Assembly (NCBI GenBank): GCA_016867135.1
Contig: VGKH01000002.1
Location: 6,312-70,311, forward strand
Reading direction: 5' to 3'
Source: Candidatus Omnitrophota bacterium
Lineage (GTDB): Bacteria > Omnitrophota > Gorgyraeia > VGKH01
Length of the DNA: 64,000 nt
The notes under the pieces were generated by a model. That model saw only the letters and a program-made list of their open reading frames with translations, was not told where the DNA came from and ran no database searches. A program made the translations under genes and the position numbers. Below, one piece after another: positions 1 through 8,340 of the stretch. Numbering within the stretch: the stretch's first letter is position 1; each line of letters begins with the position of its first letter.

Positions 1-485
1 TCTTAAGTGCGTCTAAACATGTCTCTGAAGCCATAATTTCCGTGGCTAGCCAGCACCACGAATGCGTCAACGGCAAGGGGTATCCTAAAAGATTAAAGGG
101 GCAAGAGATTAATGAGTGCGCAAAGATAGTGGCTGCAGCGGACTATTACGAGGCGCTTATGCATCCTCGCTCGCATAGGGAAAGGCTAAATCCCTATGAA
201 GCATTAAGGGTGTTAATAGAGAATAAAGAACGCTTTGATTACCGTGTTTTGAAGGTTTTAATCAAACAGATGGGCGTATATCCTATCGGAAGCCTGGTCC
301 AACTTAGTTCAGGGGAAATTGGTATCGTGGTAAAAACTAATAGCCAGTCCGCTTTAAGGCCCATAGTGAAGATTTTCTTTGATGCCCAAGGTAAAAGAGT
401 CGAGCAAGAAAAGAATATCGATTTAATAAAGTCTCCCACCATAGTTATTAAAAAACCAATCCAAGAAAAAGACCTAAATTTGTAA
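1..485 (+). CDS. HD-GYP domain protein, C-terminal part (5' end outside window; frame is open to position 3)
   Basis: HHE...GKGYP motif (HD-GYP signature) near start; ORF continues upstream without a stop. Confidence 0.7.
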   Translation, partial: LSASKHVSEAIISVASQHHECVNGKGYPKRLKGQEINECAKIVAAADYYEALMHPRSHRERLNPYEALRVLIENKERFDYRVLKVLIKQMGVYPIGSLVQLSSGEIGIVVKTNSQSALRPIVKIFFDAQGKRVEQEKNIDLIKSPTIVIKKPIQEKDLNL

Positions 486-503
486 AAATCGAGATTTATT
501 AAC

Positions 504-532
504 TTGACAGTCAGAATAAAATAACTTATTAT
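504..532 (+). promoter_or_regulatory. sigma70-like promoter TTGACA-N17-TATTAT upstream of peptidase/rSAM operon
   Basis: TTGACA 504-509, 17-nt spacer, TATTAT 527-532, 37 nt before the 569 start. Confidence 0.4.
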
Positions 533-568
533 AAGAAAAGAAGATAGGATATTTTAGTAATTTATCCG

Positions 569-1072
569 ATGGATAGCGTTGAGTTGATAAAACAGGCCGT
601 AGCTACTAAAGGCAAGGCCAATCTCTCCTTTAGCGGAAAAAGCATGCACCCAACCTTAAAAGATGCGATGGTCGTTACAATATCCCGCTTTTTGCCGGAA
701 TCCATAAGAGTTTCTGATATCATAGCCTACCAACAAAATAACCAGATAGTTGCCCACAGAGTCATAAAAATAATCAAAAATAATGGAGAAATTTCATTTA
801 TAACCAAGGGTGACAACCAGCCTTTTGGAGGAGTTAGCTTTGTCGGGCAAAAAGACTGCCTCGGAAAGATAAAGAATGCTTTTACTTCCAGTTTTTGCGA
901 AAAGAATATTTTAAATGAAAATTTATTATACAGGATGTCATACGTTTTAATAGGCAGGTTGTATTTATTTTATAGAGGCTTTATACGGCGCTACCTTCCT
1001 GAATTTTTAAGGATTATTATTCGGGGATTTGTCGGCAATGTTTATTTTTGTCTTCAAAAGTTATCAGCTTGA
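569..1072 (+). CDS. signal-peptidase-I-like (S26/S24 superfamily) serine peptidase, no N-terminal TM segment
   Basis: SGKSMHPTL (box B, Ser nucleophile), HRVIKI (box D-like with Lys), KGDNQPFGG (box E GDN); hydrophilic N-terminus. Confidence 0.55.
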   Translation: MDSVELIKQAVATKGKANLSFSGKSMHPTLKDAMVVTISRFLPESIRVSDIIAYQQNNQIVAHRVIKIIKNNGEISFITKGDNQPFGGVSFVGQKDCLGKIKNAFTSSFCEKNILNENLLYRMSYVLIGRLYLFYRGFIRRYLPEFLRIIIRGFVGNVYFCLQKLSA

Positions 1073-1082
1073 GAGGTAATTC

Positions 1083-3608
1083 ATGGTAACCCAAGTCATG
1101 CAGGAACAAAAAACGACACACTCTACGCTTAGTACGGTATATTTATATTTTTCCCAATATTGTAATTTAAGATGCCGTCACTGCTGGATAGACCCTAAGT
1201 TTGCCAAAGATAAGGCGCCTAAAAATGATGATATAGACATAAAGTCAATTATTTCTGCTTTAGAAGAATGCCGCCAGTTAGGGATGAATGCGGTTAAAGT
1301 GACCGGCGGCGAGCCTTTTCTCAGGGAAGATGTATTTGAACTTTTAGATTATTGTAAAAGTAAGAAAATACATTTAAGTTTTGAGACCAATGGCACTTTA
1401 ATTAAAGATGCCCATGCCCGCGCCTTGAAAGATGCCCGGGTGGGCTTGGTTGCTGTTTCTCTCGACGGCCCCAACGCCAAGATACATCAATTGCTAAGGG
1501 GCGTGGAAGATTCTTTTGACCAGGCAGTAGAAGGAATAAAGTCGCTCAAAGAATATGGTATCCATGTTCAAGTAATTATTTCGCTTTGGCGAAACAACAA
1601 AGATTATATCAAAGATACCATAGACTTATCCCGTTTGTTGGGCGTTAATTCGGTAAAGATAAATATTATTAGCAGTATTGCCAGAGCAGGTAAGCTTATG
1701 CAGGATAGCGAGATCTTAAGTGTTGAAGAAGTCATTGATTTTTATCAGGCATTAACTGGTCAACTGAGTAAAGAAACGCCGTTTGATGTTATTTTTGATA
1801 TTCCTCCGGCTTTTCGCTTCAAAGAAAATATCCAACAAGTAGATTCATGTTCTTGCGGTATCCACGGCATATTGGGCATATTGGGAGATGGAAAAATTTC
1901 CATTTGTGGGATAGGAAGTAGCCTGGATGCGCTTGTTTTAGGTAAAGTCGGACAGGATAGTATAAAGGACATCTGGAACAATCATCCAATCCTGGAGGAA
2001 ATCAGAGATAAAGTTCCTTATAAGTTAGAAGGAATTTGTGGTAAATGCAGTAAAAGATACTCTTGTTTGGGAAAATGTAGGGCTGAGGCTTATTATAATA
2101 GCAAAACATTTGTCTCCCCATTTTCATTTTGCCAACAGGCATACGAGCAAGGACTGTTCCCTGATTCTGCCATCAAGGAAGATTTAAAGACTAATAGATA
2201 CATAGCAAGAAATAATTGCGTAATTTCTTACCAAGATAACGGCGTAATTACAACCTGTCTTAGAAAGGGCCAGGATTATATCAAATTAGAAGGTTTTGAT
2301 GTTTGGCTTTGGGATCGATTAGGGAAAGTTGAGAAACTTTCTATTGCAGAAGTTGAATCTGAAGCCAGAAAATCTGGGATTTCTAAAGAAGGCGATAATG
2401 TTGAAAGAAAAATCGAAGACTTAATAAGATCTAATGTTGTTTCTTGTGTAGAAGAAACTATGGTTTGCAATCAAGATTTGGCGATCGACAGCAAGAAATT
2501 AAATAAGTATATGGCTATGCGCGATGCCTTGGTCAGGGAATTAAGCAGCGCCAAGAATTTCGGCAAAAAAGAGGATTTAAGCAATTTTCATCAAAACGCA
2601 GTTGAGACTATCGACGGGCATTTTGAAACCAAAGAAGTGACAGCTTCTCATTTGTTGCGTGAAAACAATCCGGCGTTGGGCGGATTAAATTACGGAGCCA
2701 AGCTTTTTGAGAAGGTCGAAAGCCTAAAGACAATAGAGAAAAACGCCAGAATTTTAGATGTGGGTTCGGGATTAGGGTTTACTTCCCGATCATTTTTACA
2801 ATCTCTGAAAGAGAAAAATCCCGATGTAGCAGCCAGCATAAGTTATATACTTTGCGATTTAACCTTTAAATTCTTGAAAAACCAAAAGAATCTCACTTCG
2901 GGATATCCTACAAGATTTATCCAGGCAAACGCCGAAGGCCCGCCGTTTAATAACAACAGTTTCGATATAATTCTTGCCAATGAAAACATCGCCGATTTTA
3001 CTTCGGTCAAGCTCAACAAGAAAGATGTTCTGGATTTCTTAGTTGGCAAGATTAAGCAAGAACATGTAGAAGACGCTTCAACAAGAAAGGCGCTAGAGTG
3101 GATAAAATCATCCTCAATTGACGTAAGCGACGCCCTTCCAGAATTCATATTTAATTTAGGGGCATTCGAGTTTATGAAGCAGATTAATCGGCTGCTAAAG
3201 GCTGGCGGCTTGGCTTTTGTTTGCGAATACGGAATCTTGCGGGGTTATCCCACCGCAGTGTATCTGCCGAATCACACCGAATATACCATACAATTTTCCC
3301 AGCTTATAAAATGCATAAAATCTTTAGGTATGGAGGTTGAGGTTCGTTCTCTTTTGGATTTTTTTGATTTTAATAAAGAAGAAGAGGTTGTCGACGAATG
3401 TTCCCTGAATTTTGTCTACGGAATTATGAAAAAAAACAATATCAATTTGCCGTATTTAGCCTATACTAAAGAAATGCTGGAAGAAAAAATAAACGGGAAT
3501 TTATTGTCTAATTTCAAGAATCTGAAATTTCTGAAGATCAGAGAAAAAATGGCTTGCATGAATATGGATACATTTTATGTTTTGTTAATTAGAAAAAAAG
3601 GAGGTTGA
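1083..3608 (+). CDS. radical SAM/SPASM-domain enzyme fused to a C-terminal class I SAM-dependent methyltransferase domain (841 aa)
   Basis: CNLRCRHC (CxxxCxxC) near N-terminus; Cys-rich SPASM-like region CSCG...CGKCSKRYSCLGKCRAEAY around aa 250-330; ILDVGSGLGFTS methyltransferase motif I around aa 560. Confidence 0.8.
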   Translation: MVTQVMQEQKTTHSTLSTVYLYFSQYCNLRCRHCWIDPKFAKDKAPKNDDIDIKSIISALEECRQLGMNAVKVTGGEPFLREDVFELLDYCKSKKIHLSFETNGTLIKDAHARALKDARVGLVAVSLDGPNAKIHQLLRGVEDSFDQAVEGIKSLKEYGIHVQVIISLWRNNKDYIKDTIDLSRLLGVNSVKINIISSIARAGKLMQDSEILSVEEVIDFYQALTGQLSKETPFDVIFDIPPAFRFKENIQQVDSCSCGIHGILGILGDGKISICGIGSSLDALVLGKVGQDSIKDIWNNHPILEEIRDKVPYKLEGICGKCSKRYSCLGKCRAEAYYNSKTFVSPFSFCQQAYEQGLFPDSAIKEDLKTNRYIARNNCVISYQDNGVITTCLRKGQDYIKLEGFDVWLWDRLGKVEKLSIAEVESEARKSGISKEGDNVERKIEDLIRSNVVSCVEETMVCNQDLAIDSKKLNKYMAMRDALVRELSSAKNFGKKEDLSNFHQNAVETIDGHFETKEVTASHLLRENNPALGGLNYGAKLFEKVESLKTIEKNARILDVGSGLGFTSRSFLQSLKEKNPDVAASISYILCDLTFKFLKNQKNLTSGYPTRFIQANAEGPPFNNNSFDIILANENIADFTSVKLNKKDVLDFLVGKIKQEHVEDASTRKALEWIKSSSIDVSDALPEFIFNLGAFEFMKQINRLLKAGGLAFVCEYGILRGYPTAVYLPNHTEYTIQFSQLIKCIKSLGMEVEVRSLLDFFDFNKEEEVVDECSLNFVYGIMKKNNINLPYLAYTKEMLEEKINGNLLSNFKNLKFLKIREKMACMNMDTFYVLLIRKKGG

Positions 3609-3609
3609 G

Positions 3610-3948
3610 TTGGGCAAAATAGGATCAGAAGGAAAGATTAAAAGAAAATATACCGAACCCTTGATTTTTGATATCGGCGGTCCTAGTTTGAACGTAGTGG
3701 GAGCTAGCGCTGTGTTATGTGCAGCTGGCTCTGGAGGTACCGCAAGATGTGGTTGCGGCGCAAGCGGTACTTATTCTCTATGCGGAACCGGGAGTAAAGT
3801 TGCCACATCTTGTGCAACCGGAGGTATATTCAACTCAAATAATAACTGCGGTGCAGGCAGCTCGGCTTCAAGATGTTGTAGCACTGGCTCTAGTGCTGGT
3901 ATCACCTGTTCTATTGGCAGCGGCGTTGGGGGGGTCACAGAGGTGTAA
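3610..3948 (+). CDS. candidate RiPP precursor peptide; TTG start 5 nt after AAAGGAGG; leader with ...LIFDIGG motif; 9-Cys Gly/Ser/Thr/Ala-rich core
   Basis: Strong SD 3598-3604; low-complexity core CAAGSGGTARCGCGASGTYSLCGTGSKVATSCATGG...CGAGSSASRCCSTGSSAGITCSIGSGVGG; sits between two rSAM/SPASM genes; codon-repetitive GC-rich DNA unlike surroundings. Confidence 0.65.
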   Translation: MGKIGSEGKIKRKYTEPLIFDIGGPSLNVVGASAVLCAAGSGGTARCGCGASGTYSLCGTGSKVATSCATGGIFNSNNNCGAGSSASRCCSTGSSAGITCSIGSGVGGVTEV

Positions 3949-4029
3949 GTTTAAAAAATAGATATTAATTTTTATTTGGTACATAATAGCCAATTAATTT
4001 CTAAATAATATAAATGGAATAAAAGAAAT

Positions 4030-5100
4030 ATGTATTCTGCCCCGCTTAATGTTTGTTTGCATATAACCAGTCGATGTAATTTGAGCTGTAAACACTGCCT
4101 TAACCGGGACCAGCCAGATTCCGAGCCTGATTTAACTACCGAAGAACTTATCAGCGTTATCGACCAGCTGGGCGAAGCAAGAGTTTTTCAGATAAGCATA
4201 TTCGGAGGCGAACCTTTAACCCATCCTGATTTTACTGTCGTGGTTGAACATCTCAATAAATATCCCTTTACACTTTCTTTAAATACCAATGCCACTTTAA
4301 TCGACCGCTCTATGGCTAAATGGCTAAAAAAACATAAAATAAGAGATGCTGTAGTTAGCTTTGATGGCTCTTGTCCTGAGATAATGGATAAAACCAGGGG
4401 CGAGGGTGTTTTTGCTAAAAATATCAAAGGCATAGAGGCGCTTTTGTCCGAAGGTATTTATGTTTTGCTTTCTGCCACTTTAACTAAAATAAATTATAAA
4501 GATGCAAGAGAAATGGTTTTGTTGGGCAAGAGATTAAAAGCCAATAAAATTCGTTTTAATCATGTATTTTTTGGTGGCAACGCCGCGTGTTTTATCAAAG
4601 AGGTTTATCTTTCCCCTGAACAGGAAAGAGAAGCTATAGAAGCGGTAGTCTCGGCAAATAAAGAATTTCCTGGCTTTATCGTTCAGGATAGCACCTATCT
4701 CAACCAGAAGGATAAATTAGAAGAAATGAAAGATTTCGAACCCGCTACAGATAAAATCACTGTTGCACCTTGCGGCGCCGCTTACCTTAAATGCGCCATA
4801 AGAGCAGATGGTTGGGTTATTCCTTGCGAGTTACTATGGGATGCTAAATGCGGCAATCTAAAGAATCAGAGTTTGACCGATATTTGGCAGAATTCCGAGA
4901 CTATGAATGAATTCAGAAGGCCGCTGGAATTAGATTTAAATGAAATACCTGAGTGCAAAGGCTGTAAATACCAATATATATGTTTTATCGGACACCGTTG
5001 TAACCCTTACTATTTTCCCGGCGGGGTTAAGGACCGTTCGGTTTATTGTTTGCTAGAGGGTAAAAAAGAGATGAGGAAGGTGGCTGATGTCGTTAAATAA
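4030..5100 (+). CDS. radical SAM/SPASM-domain peptide-modifying enzyme
   Basis: CNLSCKHC motif at N-terminus; C-terminal Cys cluster APCGAAYLKC...PCELLWDAKCGNL...CKGCKYQYICFIGHRCNPY typical of SPASM twitch/auxiliary clusters. Confidence 0.85.
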   Translation: MYSAPLNVCLHITSRCNLSCKHCLNRDQPDSEPDLTTEELISVIDQLGEARVFQISIFGGEPLTHPDFTVVVEHLNKYPFTLSLNTNATLIDRSMAKWLKKHKIRDAVVSFDGSCPEIMDKTRGEGVFAKNIKGIEALLSEGIYVLLSATLTKINYKDAREMVLLGKRLKANKIRFNHVFFGGNAACFIKEVYLSPEQEREAIEAVVSANKEFPGFIVQDSTYLNQKDKLEEMKDFEPATDKITVAPCGAAYLKCAIRADGWVIPCELLWDAKCGNLKNQSLTDIWQNSETMNEFRRPLELDLNEIPECKGCKYQYICFIGHRCNPYYFPGGVKDRSVYCLLEGKKEMRKVADVVK

Positions 5101-5356
5101 GAATCTTAAGGCGAACTCAAAGATAGTATTCCGAGAAGAAACAGATGATGCGCTTTTATTCGATCCTGATAGCGGAAATATAAAAGTTATCAATGAGACC
5201 GGAAAATTCATTTGGGCCAATTTAGACGGCAAAAACGATGAAGATTCCCTGGTAAAAAAGATTATGGATAAATTCGATATTTCCGACGAGCAAAAAGCCA
5301 GGGAAGATTTAGGTAAGTTCTTGGAAGATTTAAAAATACAGAAATTCTTGGAGTAA
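5087..5356 (+). CDS. PqqD-family protein (RiPP recognition element-like)
   Basis: 89 aa; DALLFDPDSGNIKVINETGKFIWANLDG pattern matches PqqD fold consensus (x-L-L-x-x-x-sG-x-x-x-LN-x-t-a-x-x-iW). Confidence 0.7.
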   Translation: MSLNKNLKANSKIVFREETDDALLFDPDSGNIKVINETGKFIWANLDGKNDEDSLVKKIMDKFDISDEQKAREDLGKFLEDLKIQKFLE

Positions 5357-5357
5357 G

Positions 5358-5621
5358 ATGAAGATAAAACAAGTAGAAGGCCTCCTTGTGGCTTCTTTTC
5401 CGAATAGTTCGGTAATATTTAATTGCAATAATCGCCGTTCTTATATATTGAACTATACAGCGTCTTTAATTTGGGATTTCTGTAAAAAGCCAAGAGATAT
5501 AGCTGAAATCGCCTGCTTCATTCATCGAAAATATGATTTAGTTTTATCAAAAGCACTCAGAGATGCCAGAAGTTTTGTTGCGCGACTTAAGAAAAGACAG
5601 CTTCTGTCTGTTGTCAGGTAG
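5358..5621 (+). CDS. second PqqD-like small protein
   Basis: 87 aa; SYILNYTASLIWDFCKKPRDIAEI resembles PqqD helix region; tandem with previous. Confidence 0.5.
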   Translation: MKIKQVEGLLVASFPNSSVIFNCNNRRSYILNYTASLIWDFCKKPRDIAEIACFIHRKYDLVLSKALRDARSFVARLKKRQLLSVVR

Positions 5622-5638
5622 CATAGAGAGAGACAACG

Positions 5639-6583
5639 GTGGGTTTATGTGCTTTTTTCATGAAGACCATAACTTTCAATATAGCCAATATTCCGTTATC
5701 GGTAAAATGTAGAGACGACGAAGCTCTACCGTCTTTATTCCAGCAATTCACAAGCACTGCCAAGAGACCAACTGATCGAACATGGCATTTAGAATCAGTA
5801 GGTATTAAGAAAAACAGATCCAATAAATTCCCTTCCTGTATTGCAAAGAAAATAAGCCCAATAGCAGAAAGATTTGGTTCCATCCGTAACTTTAGAGTTG
5901 ATTTAGAGAAGAAACAAAAGATTTTGTCTAGTGTTTATTCACAATTTCCGGAAGCGCTATCCGATATTTCCTTTTATTTTGACGAGCCAGTTGGAATAAA
6001 TACTAAAAAAAGAAAGATTAGGCATTTTTATACGAGCTCAACAGGATTTGATGAGATAAGGAAATTTGATTCCCGGCTGACTATTTTTGCCTATTCCCAA
6101 ATTTTAGCATCTTTAGAGGGGTTTCTTTTGCATTGCGCTTGCGTAGTAAAGAATAAAGACGCCTTTTTATTCTTTGCTAAATCAGGAGGAGGAAAATCCA
6201 CGGTTGCTAAGTTATCACGGCAATATACTGTTTTAGGAGACGATATAATTGCAGTTAGGAAAATAAACCATGATTTCGTAGCTTTTTCAACACCGTGGAA
6301 ACAAAAAAAGACTGCGAATAGACGAACCTTGTTTTCTGCTAGGATCAAAGCCGTTTTTTTCTTAAGAAAATCAAATAGAGTTTTATTTAAACCGTTAAAA
6401 TCGGATAAGGCATTAGTTAGATTTCTATCGCGATACATCCATTTCTTTTTGTATACTGAAAGGCCATTGGCAGATAAAATCTTTTTTACTGCAGCTGATT
6501 TCTTTAAGACAATCCCGGCTTACGAGATGCATTTTAGAAAATATGCAGATTTTTGGCCAAAGTTGGAGAAAATAATAAAATGA
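5639..6583 (+). CDS. HPr kinase-related P-loop protein (HprK C-terminal-domain-like)
   Basis: LLHCACVVKNKDAFLFFAKSGGGKSTVAKL...VLGDDIIAV resembles HprK C-domain Walker A and downstream Asp. Confidence 0.5.
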   Translation: MGLCAFFMKTITFNIANIPLSVKCRDDEALPSLFQQFTSTAKRPTDRTWHLESVGIKKNRSNKFPSCIAKKISPIAERFGSIRNFRVDLEKKQKILSSVYSQFPEALSDISFYFDEPVGINTKKRKIRHFYTSSTGFDEIRKFDSRLTIFAYSQILASLEGFLLHCACVVKNKDAFLFFAKSGGGKSTVAKLSRQYTVLGDDIIAVRKINHDFVAFSTPWKQKKTANRRTLFSARIKAVFFLRKSNRVLFKPLKSDKALVRFLSRYIHFFLYTERPLADKIFFTAADFFKTIPAYEMHFRKYADFWPKLEKIIK

Positions 6584-8340
6584 ACAAGCTTAACTTTAAG
6601 ATTATTTTGTCTTTTCTTAAATACTTAAAGCCATATTGGAAAAAAGAAGCTGTGGTTTGGCTTTTGAGTTTTGGAATAGCCGGGCTGTCTTTAGCTTATC
6701 CTTACATTGCCAAATTAGTTGTGGACAAGGCGTATCAGGAGAGAAACTGGACTTTATTTATTGAACTTTTGGTTACGGGAGGACTTGTATTTATAATTTC
6801 AAGTTTATTCCAGGTCGTGTCAAATTTCTTAAGAGAATACATAGATTTAAAGGTCCGCTTCGACCTGCAAAAAATTATATTCCAAAAAATAGAAAATTTG
6901 CCCTATAGCTTCTTCCAATTAAGGCCCACGGGAGAGTATATATATAAATCGCTTATTGAGAGCTCTCAGGTCTCCGACTTTATTACTTCTGTCGCCCCGG
7001 AGTTGTTTTATATTATCCCCAAATTCTTGTTGATATTCACCATTCTTTTCTTCATAAACTGGAAAATGGCTGTTTTTATTTTTGTTGTGGCGCCTGTTTT
7101 AAATATCCCGACATTTTTTATTGCGCGCAAGGTTAGAAAACAATCAGAGAAGTCGCTTAATAGTTCCCAGGACATATTGGAGACAGCCCGAGAATCATTT
7201 TCTAATATGCAATTGGTCAAGGTCTTTGGAAAAGAAAAGAAAGAAAACAGGCGTTTTGTGAAACAAATGATAAAAAATATTCGCTTAAGCATAATCAGCT
7301 TCAGATTGAACGCCTTCAGTTCTTTTCTAGAAAGCTGGGCTAATAAGTTGTTGCTTGGCCTGATAACTCTTTACGGCGGATACAACATTATCAAAGGCCA
7401 GATAAGTCTGGGCAGCTTTACCGCAATAATGCTTTATATAAATCAGCTGCTTGATTTGGAGAATTTGTTCGTTGGTTTTTTTGTGCACCGTCTTAATACG
7501 GGGCTTGTTTCCGTCCGGAGGCTTTCAGAGATTATGAATTCTTGGCCGCAAGAACTTGAAGATAAAAACACAAGGGCTATTTTACTGTCATCAGGAGAAA
7601 TAGAGTTTAGAGATGTCTCTTTCGGATATTATCCCAAGACGCCTATTTTAGAGCATATAAGTTTACATATAAAATCTGGTTCGTCAATTGGCCTGGTAGG
7701 AAACTCCGGCCGCGGCAAGACGACGCTCGTTAGTCTTATTGTAAAACTTTATCAAATTTCTGAAGGTGAAATCCTTGTCGATGGGCAGGATATTAACTTG
7801 ATAAAGAATAGCTCGCTTCGCCAGCAAATAGGAGTGGCATTGCAAAAGCCAATCTTGTGGAATGATACCATTCGAAACAATATAACATATAGTATTTTAA
7901 GCGCAACTGATGAGGAAGTTCTGCAGGCAGCAATGATTTCCTGCGCTTACGATTTTATCAAAGAGCTACCGCGAGGCTATAACACTATTATGGGAGAAGG
8001 GGCGGTGCGCCTTTCCGAAGGGCAGAAACAGAGGATTTCTTTAGCAAGGGCAATCATAAAAAAGCCAAAGATTTTAATTATAGATGAAGGCATGTCTTCG
8101 CTTGATTCTCAGACCGAGGACAGTATCATTGATAACATAAAAAAGGAGCTGAAAAACACAACCATGATTGTTATTTCCCACCGTTTATCCACAATAAAGA
8201 AGGTGGATAGGGTTTACTTTTTAGAAAAGAAAGATAAAATGAGTTTTGGCCATCACGAAGAGTTGCTACATCAAAATCCTCAATACAAAGAACTATTCGC
8301 TAGTCAGATAGAAGAAGAGCATATCAAAATAAAATCATAA
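6553..8340 (+). CDS. ABC transporter, fused permease/ATPase (type I exporter, peptide-export-like); no N-terminal C39 peptidase domain
   Basis: 6 predicted TM helices then Walker A GNSGRGKTT, signature LSEGQKQRISLARAI, Walker B ILIIDEGMSSLD, H-loop ISHRL. Confidence 0.85.
   Translation: MAKVGENNKMNKLNFKIILSFLKYLKPYWKKEAVVWLLSFGIAGLSLAYPYIAKLVVDKAYQERNWTLFIELLVTGGLVFIISSLFQVVSNFLREYIDLKVRFDLQKIIFQKIENLPYSFFQLRPTGEYIYKSLIESSQVSDFITSVAPELFYIIPKFLLIFTILFFINWKMAVFIFVVAPVLNIPTFFIARKVRKQSEKSLNSSQDILETARESFSNMQLVKVFGKEKKENRRFVKQMIKNIRLSIISFRLNAFSSFLESWANKLLLGLITLYGGYNIIKGQISLGSFTAIMLYINQLLDLENLFVGFFVHRLNTGLVSVRRLSEIMNSWPQELEDKNTRAILLSSGEIEFRDVSFGYYPKTPILEHISLHIKSGSSIGLVGNSGRGKTTLVSLIVKLYQISEGEILVDGQDINLIKNSSLRQQIGVALQKPILWNDTIRNNITYSILSATDEEVLQAAMISCAYDFIKELPRGYNTIMGEGAVRLSEGQKQRISLARAIIKKPKILIIDEGMSSLDSQTEDSIIDNIKKELKNTTMIVISHRLSTIKKVDRVYFLEKKDKMSFGHHEELLHQNPQYKELFASQIEEEHIKIKS

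Noticed and set aside
3719-3961. 80-aa ORF (MQLALEVPQDVVAAQAV...) overlapping the precursor gene in another frame
   Set aside because: It is an alternative frame of the GC-rich triplet-repetitive core-peptide DNA, with no RBS and Ala/Leu/Val-rich translation typical of an off-frame artefact. The 3610 frame has a perfect SD and a biologically sensible product.
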